64,000 nucleotides of DNA from Bacteroidota bacterium (GCA_023432985.1 JAEZEQ010000062.1:69907-133906), one strand, 5' to 3'. Counted from the stretch's first letter, positions 48,461-58,947 are shown. Translations and numbers: made by a program. The notes: generated from the letters alone by a model not told the origin.

Positions 48461-49333
48461 ATGCTGATTGGCACTCATTTAAGTATTCCGCAGGTTGAAT
48501 TGAAATCCGATTTTGTAATCAAATCTTTACAAGAGGAAGATCAGGGAAAAACTCAAGGAGAAGGTCGACCTCACCGACATAATTTTTTCACGGTTATTTG
48601 GATCCATAAAGGCTCGGGAACTCATCAAATCGACTTTAAGGATTATCCCATTGAGGATAACAGCATACATTTTGTAAGTCCCCAACAAGTGCATTGGTTC
48701 AAAAGTAATCCCGGAATTAATGGATGGCTTTTCTTGTTTAATGAGCGCTTTATAGAATCATACGGCTTAGGTTCCCGTTTCTTGCAGGCACTGGGTTTAT
48801 TCACCGGATATACTCAACCCGAACCTTTATTTTTGCATCAAAACATGTTCGAAAAACTGGATGCATATTGCCGGGCAGCAAAAAATGAAATTACAGAACT
48901 CAAAGAATTCCACCCCGATGCCGCTGCTGCTTATTTGAAACTATTCCTGCTTGAATGCAGTCGAATTAAAGAAAAAAAGCACGTGGAATCGGATTTATAT
49001 CATTCCGGCAATCGTATATTTCAACAGTTTATGGAGAATCTGGAATTGCATTTTCAAGAAAAACATAAGGTTGCCGACTATGCCGAATTACAACATATTA
49101 CACCCAATTATCTGAATGAGGTTGTGAAAGAAAGCTCGGGCATCAGTGCCAAGGAACATATACTGAAACGCATTACCTTAGAGGCCATGCGCTTTGCGAC
49201 ACATAGCGACATTAATACCAAAGAAACGGCTTATATACTCGGCTTTGAAGACCCCTCTCATTTTTCGAAATTTTTCAAGAAAAGATGCGGGGTCGATTTC
49301 ACCGGATTCAGAGAAAGTTTACGCTATAAATAG
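48461..49333 (+). CDS. AraC family transcriptional regulator
   Basis: 290 aa with an N-terminal cupin-like sensing domain and a C-terminal dual HTH (..ELHFQEKHKVADYAELQHITPNYLNEVVKESSGISAKEHILKRI..). Confidence 0.8.
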   Translation: MLIGTHLSIPQVELKSDFVIKSLQEEDQGKTQGEGRPHRHNFFTVIWIHKGSGTHQIDFKDYPIEDNSIHFVSPQQVHWFKSNPGINGWLFLFNERFIESYGLGSRFLQALGLFTGYTQPEPLFLHQNMFEKLDAYCRAAKNEITELKEFHPDAAAAYLKLFLLECSRIKEKKHVESDLYHSGNRIFQQFMENLELHFQEKHKVADYAELQHITPNYLNEVVKESSGISAKEHILKRITLEAMRFATHSDINTKETAYILGFEDPSHFSKFFKKRCGVDFTGFRESLRYK

Positions 49334-49340
49334 GCCGATT

Positions 49341-50081
49341 TTATTTTTTTTCGGAAAAATTCGGCACACGAAAGCCATAGGTTTTCTCAACTTTTTTGGC
49401 TGACATTTCTATCACTTTCATATCCATAAATATGGGCGTTTCCGGTCTGTCACCCGGTTGCGTTTTCACTGAAGCAATGGCGTCTATTACTTCCAATCCG
49501 CTTATAACTTCGCCAAAAATAGTATATTCATCATCCAACCAGGGCGTACCTCCCAACTCTTTATATATCTTTTTTTCCGCGTCTGTATAATCAAAATTCG
49601 GATCTATACTTTTTCTGCGTTGTACCGCCATTTTCAATGCATCATCGTTGAGAATCTGACCTTGTACTATGTAGAATTGCGAACCACTGCTGGCTTTGGT
49701 CGGGTTCACATTATCGCCCATACGCGCCGCAGCCACTACACCTTTTTTATGAATCAAACCATCTACAATTTCGGCATCAAGTGTATAACCCGGACCTCCT
49801 TGTCCGGCCATATTCCATTTGGACGAATCCTTGCTGTAAGGATCTCCGCCTTGAATCATAAATTTATTAATAACCCTGTGAAAGAAAGTCCCGTTATAAA
49901 ATTCTTCCTTTACTAATTTCAGAAAATTCGCTTTATGTTTCGGAGTTATATCATAAAGATATAAGACCATATTGCCTTTGGTTGTACTTATTTCGACCAG
50001 TTGCACTTTCTTTTTCTTAGCCTCTGCTTGTGTTATACCCATCATAGTCAACACGCATATAGTCAACATTACATTTTTCAT
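49341..50081 (-). CDS. cyclophilin-type peptidyl-prolyl cis-trans isomerase (secreted)
   Basis: FHRVINKFMIQGGDP and ...GSQFYIVQG are the cyclophilin core. The start is taken at the internal ATG at 50081 (MKNVMLTICVL, a signal peptide); the listed ORF has a 15-aa extension. Confidence 0.85.
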   Translation of the reverse strand: MKNVMLTICVLTMMGITQAEAKKKKVQLVEISTTKGNMVLYLYDITPKHKANFLKLVKEEFYNGTFFHRVINKFMIQGGDPYSKDSSKWNMAGQGGPGYTLDAEIVDGLIHKKGVVAAARMGDNVNPTKASSGSQFYIVQGQILNDDALKMAVQRRKSIDPNFDYTDAEKKIYKELGGTPWLDDEYTIFGEVISGLEVIDAIASVKTQPGDRPETPIFMDMKVIEMSAKKVEKTYGFRVPNFSEKK

Positions 50082-50314
50082 AGCAATCTTTTTACGAATG
50101 TACATATTTTGACATATATGCGACATTTCATCAATGAATTTGCCTATGCCTAACTGCTGCTGCTTATGATAATCTTTCGGAAGCCTTATTCCGATTCAGC
50201 TTAAATTATACCGAAAAAAAAAAATGAAAATGAATTGAGATATTCTATGGTATTTCTTATTAAAATCGTTTAATTCGTATCTGTATTTACCCACAACAGA
50301 ACATCCAAAATAAA

Positions 50315-51751
50315 ATGTCAGACAAAACGCAACAAGGAAAATTAACCGGAACATTTGGGGTCAGAATGGCCATAATCATCGTTATGAGTTCGATCATTGG
50401 TTCGGGTGTTTTCAAAAAAGTTGCTCCTATGTCGGAATTATTGCATATGCCATGGCTGGTAATTTTGGCTTGGGTTCTGGCGGGATTAATCGTTTTGTTC
50501 GGCGTTTTTTGTATAGCTGAATTAAGCAGCATGTTTCCCGATTCGGGCGGCCCTTTTATATGGCTCGAAAAAATATACGGCAAACTGGTATCCTTCCTCT
50601 ATGGCTGGGCCAGTTTCACGGTAATTCAAACCGCTGCCATATCTTCGGTTGCCTTTGTTTTTGCCGGTGCATTAAATACATTTATAGACCTGCCCAGGCT
50701 TCCGGAATCTTATGAATCCATGCGCATTTTGGGCATTCCATTTTTGGATAATATAGGAGCGAAATTAATCTCTTGCGCATTAATAGTCGGGCTCACTTTC
50801 ATCAATATCAAAGACACCAAAAAGGGAGGAAATTTAAGTCTGCTTTTTACCTTACTTATTGTAATCTGTATTTTTGCCGTAATCATAGGCGCCTTCGCCA
50901 GTCCCGTCGGTAGCATGGAAACCTTTCATACGGTTTCTTCGGCCTATCCGGAAGAAAAAATAGGCATTTTGGCCTTTATCAGCGCTATGGTTTTAGCTAT
51001 GCGTGCTGCGTTTTGGGGATATGAAGGATGGATTGCACTGGGTTTTATCGGAGAAGAAATCAAAGATTCGGATAAAAATTTGCCCAAAGCATTGGTTATA
51101 GGCATTACTCTCGTGATATTGATTTATCTGCTCATCAATACGGCTTACCTCTACGTAATGCCCATCGATGAAATGATGGCTGCCATAAATCTGGATCAAA
51201 ATAATATTGCGGCGGTACTTGTAATAGACAAAATTTTGGGAAGCGGCGGTGCCTATGTCATCAGTGGAATGATATTGATTTCTACTTTCGGATGTACGAA
51301 TGCCACCATTTTATTATCGGCAAGAATTTATTATGCCATGGCTAGAAAAGGCCTTTTTTTCAAAAATGCAGCACTGACACATTCCAAAAACAATACACCC
51401 AAAAATGCGCTTATTTATCAAGGTGTTTGGGCCTGTTTATTGGTCTTTTCCGGATCTTTTGATTTGCTGACGGATTTGGTGATTATTGCCGGCTTTACAT
51501 TTTACGGACTTATTGTATTTGGGGTGATATGGTTGCGTATAAAAATGAAAGATACACCCCGCAAATTCAAAACACCGCTTTATCCCCTTGTTCCTGCAAT
51601 ATTCGTACTCTTCTGTATCATATTGATCCTCGTTTCTTTTATAGAAAATCCAACCAAATCGCTAATAGGAATGGGATTAATATTCTCGGGATTGCCCTTT
51701 TATTATTATTGGAATAAAAAGAACCATAGCCAAAAGGTCGAAAAGGTTTAG
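50315..51751 (+). CDS. APC superfamily amino acid permease
   Basis: 478 aa with 12 predicted TM helices and the amino-acid permease signature region (..SELSSMFPDSGGPFIWLEK..). Confidence 0.85.
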   Translation: MSDKTQQGKLTGTFGVRMAIIIVMSSIIGSGVFKKVAPMSELLHMPWLVILAWVLAGLIVLFGVFCIAELSSMFPDSGGPFIWLEKIYGKLVSFLYGWASFTVIQTAAISSVAFVFAGALNTFIDLPRLPESYESMRILGIPFLDNIGAKLISCALIVGLTFINIKDTKKGGNLSLLFTLLIVICIFAVIIGAFASPVGSMETFHTVSSAYPEEKIGILAFISAMVLAMRAAFWGYEGWIALGFIGEEIKDSDKNLPKALVIGITLVILIYLLINTAYLYVMPIDEMMAAINLDQNNIAAVLVIDKILGSGGAYVISGMILISTFGCTNATILLSARIYYAMARKGLFFKNAALTHSKNNTPKNALIYQGVWACLLVFSGSFDLLTDLVIIAGFTFYGLIVFGVIWLRIKMKDTPRKFKTPLYPLVPAIFVLFCIILILVSFIENPTKSLIGMGLIFSGLPFYYYWNKKNHSQKVEKV

Positions 51752-52818
51752 TCTTCGGCAACCAATTTGTCGACATATTCGCAGCTCATCAAGCGTAGGA
51801 TTCCCATATAATCCATTTTGAATTCGATCAGGCTTCCTACCTTATATTTTTCATACTCTTCGCCTAAATCAACCACCATCATATCCGAACTGGAACCTAC
51901 TATTTTTATATGTTCCGAGCTGGGCCTAACATGATTCTCGTCCACATCCAACAGCCCCATGTCAATAATGGCCCGATACGAACTAAGCTCCTCCGTTTCT
52001 ATTTGTACCATTTCGCCATTGGCATTTTTGGTCAAATTCCCATCGGGAATATTGGGTTTCTCTCTTAATTCTATAATCTCGGCATACAACAAAAACACAT
52101 CCTGTTCCAAATTCTCATTGGGCCCGTCATGATATACATCTGTGCCCAAAAAGATGGACTCTCCCACTCTGAAATGGTTGATACCTGTCGGCAATAATCC
52201 TTGTTCCAGCAAGGGAATGGTAACCGATGTGCCACCCGAAATAAATGGGATATTGCGGTCGAATTTAGCCTCGATCAACTGCTTATATAAACAAAGCTGA
52301 ATCAGTTTATCCTGATTGGGCAATACCCCATTCATGCAAGATAAATTGGTCCCAATTCCCGTAATTTCTATATTGGGCAATTCGAATACGCGGGCATAAA
52401 AATCGATAAAATCTTCACGCATAACCCCTTCTCTAAGTTCGCCCAATTCAATCATTATAATCACCTTATGTTTCTTATTTTGGCGCACGGCTTCTTCAGA
52501 CAATTGCTTAATCGTTTCATATTCGGTATTGAAACTGGCATCTGCATAGCGAATGACTTTACTGATATAACGTTTGGCCGGAGGTTTAATGAAGACAGTC
52601 TGTACCTCAGGAGTCAGCCTTTTTATACGTTTTAAATTCGTAATACGGCTATCGCACACCTCCTCTATTCCTAAATCAATAATCTCCTTTAAATACACTT
52701 CAGATCCACATAATACTTTGGTTACTATAGACCATTCTATCTGATTTTCTTCGAATAATTGCTGCAAGTAGCGGTAATTATGTTGTAATTTTCTTCTGTT
52801 TAATACGATATGTGCCAT
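51748..52818 (-). CDS. fold-type III PLP enzyme, alanine/ornithine racemase family (YhfX-like)
   Basis: 356 aa. The N-terminal alanine-racemase-like barrel has a candidate PLP lysine in IVTKVLCGSE, and a C-terminal beta-domain follows. The substrate cannot be inferred from the sequence. Confidence 0.6.
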   Translation of the reverse strand: MAHIVLNRRKLQHNYRYLQQLFEENQIEWSIVTKVLCGSEVYLKEIIDLGIEEVCDSRITNLKRIKRLTPEVQTVFIKPPAKRYISKVIRYADASFNTEYETIKQLSEEAVRQNKKHKVIIMIELGELREGVMREDFIDFYARVFELPNIEITGIGTNLSCMNGVLPNQDKLIQLCLYKQLIEAKFDRNIPFISGGTSVTIPLLEQGLLPTGINHFRVGESIFLGTDVYHDGPNENLEQDVFLLYAEIIELREKPNIPDGNLTKNANGEMVQIETEELSSYRAIIDMGLLDVDENHVRPSSEHIKIVGSSSDMMVVDLGEEYEKYKVGSLIEFKMDYMGILRLMSCEYVDKLVAED

Positions 52819-52821
52819 GTT

Positions 52822-53271
52822 CTATTTGCTCAATCTCATTTCGAGATATTTATTCGTAAATCCCAATTTTTCATAAAGCTTTTTGGCCGGATTATCCGGT
52901 TCTACATGCAAGGCAATATTGCCATCAACGCGATCTATAGCCATTTTCATTAAAGTCTGACCTATGCCTTGTCCTCTATATTCCTGATGCGTGGCTATAT
53001 AAACCAGAATATTTTCGGGAATATAACCTTCCATTCCGGTACGGTTAATCACCACTGCCCCCGTAATATGATTGCCGTCGAATGCAACCAAAATATAACC
53101 GCCCGGGGAATTCTTTCGCCCCAAGGCATAATCCATAGCTTTTTGAATATCTGCACGGGCATCGCCGTAAGCATCCAAATGATGAAATAAAAAATCGAGC
53201 ACAGCACTTTCCATACTGCTTTCTATCTCCGACTCTCTGTTGTAAATTGTATAACTTATCATAATTAACAT
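52822..53271 (-). CDS. GNAT family N-acetyltransferase
   Basis: 149 aa with the acetyl-CoA binding motif region (..YRGQGIGQTLMKMAI..). Its stop lies 3 nt before the racemase-like start. Confidence 0.8.
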   Translation of the reverse strand: MLIMISYTIYNRESEIESSMESAVLDFLFHHLDAYGDARADIQKAMDYALGRKNSPGGYILVAFDGNHITGAVVINRTGMEGYIPENILVYIATHQEYRGQGIGQTLMKMAIDRVDGNIALHVEPDNPAKKLYEKLGFTNKYLEMRLSK

Positions 53272-53534
53272 AGCAAGCCCGATTTAAATCGAACTCATTT
53301 TTCATAAATAATATGCATGCAAAAAAGGAGCAATAATTGTGCAAGAACACCAACCCCTCAAAATCACATCGTGTTGTATATACGCATGTAAAGAACAGGA
53401 CAAAAGTACGAATTTTATTTTTTAGAGCTTTTTAAAGACATAACAAACTCATTACAAACAATTTAAAAAAACTTATTTCAAAGTGAAATAATTTCGGATA
53501 TTTTTATCGTAAATTAATTTCAATCTGTATCTTT

Positions 53535-54371
53535 GTGCCGAAATATAAAAACACACACTATATGATAGCCGAAAATAATACTACAATAGAAAACCAAAGT
53601 TCGCTCGATGAGAAAGATTTTTCCAAAGCGCAAGGACATTGGATTTTGGCACAAATGGGCAAAAAAATACTTCGTCCCGGGGGAAAAAGAATGACCAATG
53701 CATTACTTGATATGCTGCAAATTGGTCCGGCGCATAAAGTGGTCGAATTTGCACCTGGCTTGGGTTATACGGCGCGTCGTATCCTAAAACAAGAACCGAG
53801 ATATTACTATGGAATAGAAAAAGATCCGGCAGCTGTAGATTTATTGAGAAGCAAAATAAAGGGGACTAATATTCAGTTCAAGGAAGCCAATGCTGCGCAA
53901 AGCGAATTAGAAAGCGGAAGTATAGACAAAGTATATGCCGAGGCCATGTTGACCATGCAGGCAGATCATAGAAAGTCGGAAATCATAGCCGAGGCCTTTC
54001 GCATTTTGAAACCGGGCGGACAATATGCGATTCAGGAAATGGGCTTGGATTGTGACGAAAAGCTGAAAGCAGAAATCCAGCGTGATTTAGCTAAAGAAAT
54101 TAAAGTAAATGCACGTCCATTGACCCGGGAAGAATGGATTCACTTATTGCAGGAGCAAGGTTTTCGCGTAAAAGAGATTACTAAATCTCCCATGCATTTA
54201 TTGGAACCTGCTCGCATGATTGACGATGAGGGGTTGTTTGGAGCACTTTCTATAGTATGGCGTATTGTAAATAATCCGGCTGCCAAAAAACGTATACTGG
54301 GCATGCGCAGGGTTTTCCGCAATTATCAAAAAAACATTTATGCGATCGGACTTGTAGCAGAAAAACCATAA
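53535..54371 (+). CDS. class I SAM-dependent methyltransferase
   Basis: 278 aa with motif I VVEFAPGLGYTARRI and motif post-I/II (..ILKPGGQYAIQE..). Confidence 0.7.
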   Translation: MPKYKNTHYMIAENNTTIENQSSLDEKDFSKAQGHWILAQMGKKILRPGGKRMTNALLDMLQIGPAHKVVEFAPGLGYTARRILKQEPRYYYGIEKDPAAVDLLRSKIKGTNIQFKEANAAQSELESGSIDKVYAEAMLTMQADHRKSEIIAEAFRILKPGGQYAIQEMGLDCDEKLKAEIQRDLAKEIKVNARPLTREEWIHLLQEQGFRVKEITKSPMHLLEPARMIDDEGLFGALSIVWRIVNNPAAKKRILGMRRVFRNYQKNIYAIGLVAEKP

Positions 54372-54424
54372 AACGACTTAGAAATGTGGTTTAAATTCAC
54401 TAATATTATCAAAAAAATAAAAAT

Positions 54425-54907
54425 ATGAAATCAAGATTTGCAATTTATTTACTCCCGGTCATGTTTGCATGGTCATGCGCTGAGCAATCCGGAAATAAGC
54501 AGACAGAAGGGGCTCTCTCCGAAACAGTGCAGACTGAAACGCATAACGACGCGCATCAACATGACACAGATGCACAACCTCAATTGGAATTAATCGATGG
54601 AAAAAAAATTGCCATAAATGCCGAAATGAAACCACATTTAGATAATTCCAGAAATATCCTAAAGGCATATCTTGAGTCGGGCGGACAGGATTATAAAAAA
54701 TTGGCCGAGGATATGGAAAGCAGCAATAGCAAGTTGATTAAAAGTTGCACCATGCAAGGTGCAGATCATGAAATGCTGCATGTATGGTTGCATCCGCATT
54801 TGGAATTAGTGGCAAATTTAAAATCGGAAAATTCGCCCGAGAAAGCAAAAGAATTAATCCGCGAAATCGAAGACTCTTACAAAGAGTTTGACCTGTTTTT
54901 TGAATAA
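54425..54907 (+). CDS. His/Met-rich periplasmic lipoprotein (candidate copper-binding partner of azurin)
   Basis: 160 aa with lipoprotein signal MFAWSC, an N-terminal His-rich stretch (THNDAHQHDTDAQ) and the cluster CTMQGADHEMLHVWLHPH. Its stop lies 17 nt before the azurin start. Confidence 0.4.
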   Translation: MKSRFAIYLLPVMFAWSCAEQSGNKQTEGALSETVQTETHNDAHQHDTDAQPQLELIDGKKIAINAEMKPHLDNSRNILKAYLESGGQDYKKLAEDMESSNSKLIKSCTMQGADHEMLHVWLHPHLELVANLKSENSPEKAKELIREIEDSYKEFDLFFE

Positions 54908-54924
54908 TTAAAAATCAAATAAAA

Positions 54925-55425
54925 ATGAAAAAAGTAATCTTAGTTTTAGGCGTTGCCTCCTTATTGTTTACAGCTTGTGGATCTTCAACCAATGAAACGA
55001 GCACCGAGAAAAAAGAAGTAACTTCTATGATGCAAAAAGAAGAAGTGAATGATGGTATTTTGGTATTGAATGGTGGAGATGATATGAAATTCGACAAAAC
55101 AGAATTAAGAGCCAAATCGGGCGAAACGGTTAAACTGCAATTGAATCATACCGGAAAAATGAGTAAAGAGGCAATGGGACATAATTTTGTTCTATTGGCT
55201 GAAGGTACCGATTTTGCTGCATTTGCATCAGAAGCAATCAAAGCAAAAGACACCGATTATATTCCCGAATCTATGAAGGGAAGCATTATCGCCCATACCT
55301 CTACTATAGGCGGTGGAGAATCTACAGAAATTGAATTTACCGCTCCGGCTCCGGGAAGCTACGATTTTCTTTGCTCTTTCCCCGGACACTCGGCCATGAT
55401 GAAAGGTAAATTTATTGTAGAATAA
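54925..55425 (+). CDS. azurin (type 1 blue copper protein), lipoprotein form
   Basis: GHNFVLLAEG...IIAHTSTIGGGE...FLCSFPGHSAMMKG aligns with P. aeruginosa azurin GHNWVL...VIAHTKLIGSGE...FFCTFPGHSALMKG, conserving the His, Cys, His and Met copper ligands. The lipoprotein signal ends LFTACG. Confidence 0.8.
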   Translation: MKKVILVLGVASLLFTACGSSTNETSTEKKEVTSMMQKEEVNDGILVLNGGDDMKFDKTELRAKSGETVKLQLNHTGKMSKEAMGHNFVLLAEGTDFAAFASEAIKAKDTDYIPESMKGSIIAHTSTIGGGESTEIEFTAPAPGSYDFLCSFPGHSAMMKGKFIVE

Positions 55426-55468
55426 AAAAAAATTTGCGCTAAGCAAATTAAACGGAACATTCATTAAT

Positions 55469-55514
55469 AAGGCACAATAGGCGTTTTAACTCCTTTTGTG
55501 CCTTATTTTTTTTT
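55469..55514 (+). terminator. rho-independent terminator after azurin
   Basis: Arms aaggcacaa ... ttgtgcctt (55469-55477 and 55496-55504) are followed by T9. Confidence 0.65.
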
Positions 55515-55595
55515 CACCCTTTCCCGCTTAATCCTACATTCGTTTAGGAGAAAAGAAAAAAATAAAAATATTTCTACATTTGGGCGAAGCAATAC

Positions 55596-56297
55596 ATGTT
55601 GTTTCAATCTAAAATGAATAAAGAAATAAAGAAGGATATATTGCAATGGGACGTAGATTCCTGGAGTGCGGCATTGGATTTTTGGGAACAGGAAGTAGAT
55701 TGGACTAAGGTAGAAAGAGGCTTGGAATTGGGAGGTCGTCAGGGCGGATTATCCCTGTGGCTGGCACTAAAAGGAAAAGAAAGCATATGCAGCGACCTGA
55801 AAAATGTGCAGGAAACAGCCGAGATTTTGCATAAAAAATATGGGATGGAAAAGCGTATTCAATACCGCGATATCGATGCTACAGAAATTCCATATGAAAA
55901 TCATTTCGATATTATTGTATTCAAATCCATACTTGGCGGTGTTGGCCATAACGACAATAAGGCCATGCAGGAAAAAGCCATACTTCAAATGTATAAGGCA
56001 CTGAAACCCGGAGGTGTATTGCTTTTTGCCGAAAATTTAAAAGCCTCTCCTTTTCATCAATTCGTGCGTAAAAAATTTACCCGTTGGGGAAAATACTGGC
56101 GCTATGTCAGTCAAAACGAATTGCAGGAATTCCTCTCCCCTTTCTCGGAAGTAAAAATACATAGTACCGGTGTTACAGCTACTTTTGGGCGGAGCGAAAA
56201 GCAACGAAATTTCCTCAGTAAATGCGACAAGCTCTTGTTCAATAAAACCAGTTGCCGCAGTTGGAAATATATGGGATATGGAATAGCTGTAAAATAA
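55596..56297 (+). CDS. class I SAM-dependent methyltransferase
   Basis: 233 aa with motif I LELGGRQGGLSLWLA, an acidic residue at the end of beta-2, and the (..LKPGGVLLFAEN..) motif. Confidence 0.7.
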   Translation: MLFQSKMNKEIKKDILQWDVDSWSAALDFWEQEVDWTKVERGLELGGRQGGLSLWLALKGKESICSDLKNVQETAEILHKKYGMEKRIQYRDIDATEIPYENHFDIIVFKSILGGVGHNDNKAMQEKAILQMYKALKPGGVLLFAENLKASPFHQFVRKKFTRWGKYWRYVSQNELQEFLSPFSEVKIHSTGVTATFGRSEKQRNFLSKCDKLLFNKTSCRSWKYMGYGIAVK

Positions 56298-56419
56298 AAT
56301 TTACCGACATAAATTCCTCATTTCATACTTTACTTATATGAGCGCCTAACCTCTCATGTCGAATTATTTCTGTAACTTACCCTCCATTATAAAATCAAAA
56401 AAACATAAATAAAAGACAT

Positions 56420-56992
56420 ATGAAAACAGTAATTATTTTGGCAACCGCCTTTGGCGTGTTTAGTTCCGCTGCACTCAGCAATATTTGGAAAAACGACAAA
56501 AATCATTCTCAAATCCTTTTTAGCATAGAGCATTTGGGTATATCTGATGTAACAGGAAGCTTCAACGAATTTGAGGTAAGCGTTCAATCGGCACAAGAAA
56601 ACTTCAGCGATGCCGTGTTCGATTTACGCATACAAGCTGCATCTATAGACACGAGAGTTGGAATGCGCGACAATCATTTGCGCAGTGCCGATTTCTTTGA
56701 TGTAGAAAAATATCCCGAAATCACCTTTAAAAGTACATCCATTAAAAAAAATGGAAAAGACGAGTATAGCATGTGGGGTGATTTAACCTTAAAGGGTATT
56801 ACCAAAAACATAGAGGTGAAAATGGAATACGAAGGCAGTATTGAAGATCCGAAAACAAATAAGAAAATTGCCGGACTGGAAGTTGAGGCAAAAATCAAAC
56901 GAAGCGATTTTGGTTTGGGCAGCAATTTCGGAGCTCCGGTATTATCGGATGAGGTGGAAATAGAAGCCAAAGGCGAGTTCGTACTCCAATAA
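56420..56992 (+). CDS. YceI family periplasmic protein
   Basis: 190 aa with a signal peptide. WKNDKNHSQILFSIEHLGISDVTGSFNEF...FDVEKYPEITFKST matches the YceI-like fold. Confidence 0.85.
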   Translation: MKTVIILATAFGVFSSAALSNIWKNDKNHSQILFSIEHLGISDVTGSFNEFEVSVQSAQENFSDAVFDLRIQAASIDTRVGMRDNHLRSADFFDVEKYPEITFKSTSIKKNGKDEYSMWGDLTLKGITKNIEVKMEYEGSIEDPKTNKKIAGLEVEAKIKRSDFGLGSNFGAPVLSDEVEIEAKGEFVLQ

Positions 56993-57031
56993 GACACAGA
57001 CTCCTTATTTCTCATTTAATATTTATTTAGC

Positions 57032-58495
57032 ATGGCAGACAAAAAGAAGAAATTAAGTTCCGTTTCGGGAAGACCCATAGCCGAAAATCAGAATGTAGAG
57101 ACAGCCGGGAAGCGGGGTCCTATGTTATTGCAAGACTTTTGGTTTTTGGAAAAACTAAGTCATTTCAGTCGCGAAGTAATTCCCGAAAGACGCATGCATG
57201 CAAAAGGTTCAGGTGCATTCGGTACTTTTACCCTTACCCATGATATCAGTGCCTATACCCGGGCTAAGCTTTTCTCCGAAATCGGAAAGAAAACTGAGGT
57301 TTTTGCACGCTTTTCTACCGTAGCCGGTGAAAGAGGAGCCGCAGATGCTGAAAGAGATATACGGGGCTTTGCCGTAAAATTTTATACCGAAGAAGGCAAT
57401 TGGGATTTGGTAGGCAATAATACACCCGTATTTTTTTTCAGGGATCCCTATAAATTTCCCGACCTGAACAAAGCCGTAAAAAGAGATCCCAAAACCAATT
57501 TACGCAGTGCGAACAATAATTGGGATTTTTGGACACTTTTGCCGGAAGCCCTGCATCAAATAACCATAACCATGAGCGACAGAGGTATACCCAAATCCTA
57601 TCGCCATATGCATGGTTTTGGCAGCCATACCTTCAGTCTAATAAATGCTCAAAATGAAAGATTTTGGGTAAAATTCCACTGGATATGCCAACAAGGAATT
57701 GAGAATTTATCGAATGAGGAAGCCGCAGCCATCATTGGAAAAGACCGCGAAAGTCACCAACGCGATTTATTCGATTCTATAGAAAAAGGCGATTTCCCAA
57801 AATGGAAATTATGTGTTCAGATTATGCCTGAAGCAGATGCCAAAACCTATCGTTACAATCCTTTCGATCTGACCAAGGTATGGCCCAAAGGCGATTATCC
57901 GCTTATAGAAGTGGGAATAATGGAATTAAATCGCAATCCCGAAAATTATTTTGCAGATGTAGAGCAAGCCGCCTTTAATCCGGCCCACGTGGTACCGGGC
58001 ATTGGCTACTCGCCCGACAAGATGTTGCAAGCCCGTTTATTTTCATACGGCGATGCGCAACGTTACAGACTAGGCGTAAATCATTATCAAATTCCGGTTA
58101 ATACACCCAAATGTCCTTTTCATAACTCGAGTCGCGACGGCGCCATGCGCGTAGATGGCAATGAAGGTTCTACCCTGCATTATGAGCCCAACAGCTACGA
58201 TCAATGGAAGGAACAAAAAGAATACGCAGAACCTCCCCTGCCTTTAGAAGGAGATGCTTATCATTACGATCATAGAGAAGATGAGGATTATTATTCTCAG
58301 CCCGGAAATTTATTCCGACTTCTCAGTGCCGACAAAAAAGCATTGCTTTTCAAAAATACGGCAGCCGAAATTGGAGGTGCTGCTCAGTTTATACAAGAAA
58401 GACATATAGCCAATTGCTACAAAGCCGATCCGGATTATGGAAAAGGCGTAGCAGAAGCATTGGGTCTGGATATTCAAAAAATAGATCTTACTTAA
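57032..58495 (+). CDS. katA: monofunctional heme catalase
   Basis: 487 aa. [20 protein letters not shown] has the distal His region, with the FDRERIPERVVHAKG-like motif and the proximal Tyr region (..[12 protein letters not shown]..). Confidence 0.95.
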   Translation: MADKKKKLSSVSGRPIAENQNVETAGKRGPMLLQDFWFLEKLSHFSREVIPERRMHAKGSGAFGTFTLTHDISAYTRAKLFSEIGKKTEVFARFSTVAGERGAADAERDIRGFAVKFYTEEGNWDLVGNNTPVFFFRDPYKFPDLNKAVKRDPKTNLRSANNNWDFWTLLPEALHQITITMSDRGIPKSYRHMHGFGSHTFSLINAQNERFWVKFHWICQQGIENLSNEEAAAIIGKDRESHQRDLFDSIEKGDFPKWKLCVQIMPEADAKTYRYNPFDLTKVWPKGDYPLIEVGIMELNRNPENYFADVEQAAFNPAHVVPGIGYSPDKMLQARLFSYGDAQRYRLGVNHYQIPVNTPKCPFHNSSRDGAMRVDGNEGSTLHYEPNSYDQWKEQKEYAEPPLPLEGDAYHYDHREDEDYYSQPGNLFRLLSADKKALLFKNTAAEIGGAAQFIQERHIANCYKADPDYGKGVAEALGLDIQKIDLT

Positions 58496-58502
58496 GACAA
58501 AA

Positions 58503-58538
58503 AAAGCGACATACAAAAAATGTCGCTTTTTTATTTTT
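58503..58538. terminator. bidirectional terminator between catalase and the convergent MerR-family gene
   Basis: A perfect 10-bp stem aaagcgacat / atgtcgcttt with loop acaaaaa has T-runs on both sides. Confidence 0.75.
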
Positions 58539-58947
58539 TATCCAGTCCTTGCCGCAAGACTTTTAATTCGTGTAATACTTTTTCTAAACGCTGAAGCATT
58601 TCCCGTTTTTTTTCGTCTCCATGCATGGAATGCTCTATCGATTTTCGAGCCCCTTCGAGGGTAAGTCCCTGTTCTTTTACTAAAAAATAAATACGTTTTA
58701 GCGTTTCTACATCCTTCTTAGTAAAAAAACGATTCCCTTTTTTATTCCGTATAGGTTGCAAAAAGTCGAATTCTTTTTCCCAATAGCGAATTAAAGAAAC
58801 ATTCACATTCAGCATGGAGGCCACTTCCCCTATGGGGTAGTAAACTTTCAATTCCTCATCATTTAATTCTTTATAGGGCAAATCCGATGTATTTAAGGAG
58901 ACAAATTTATGAAAAACGGCTGCAAATAAGTTTCGAAACAAAAGCAA
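58531..58947 (-). CDS. MerR family transcriptional regulator (HspR/short type, no metal-binding Cys motif)
   Basis: HTH YPIGEVASMLNVNVSLIRYWEKEFDFLQPIRNKKGNRFFTKKDVETLKRIYFL is followed by a short coiled-coil. The start is uncertain. Confidence 0.65.
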   Translation of the reverse strand: MLLFRNLFAAVFHKFVSLNTSDLPYKELNDEELKVYYPIGEVASMLNVNVSLIRYWEKEFDFLQPIRNKKGNRFFTKKDVETLKRIYFLVKEQGLTLEGARKSIEHSMHGDEKKREMLQRLEKVLHELKVLRQGLDKK

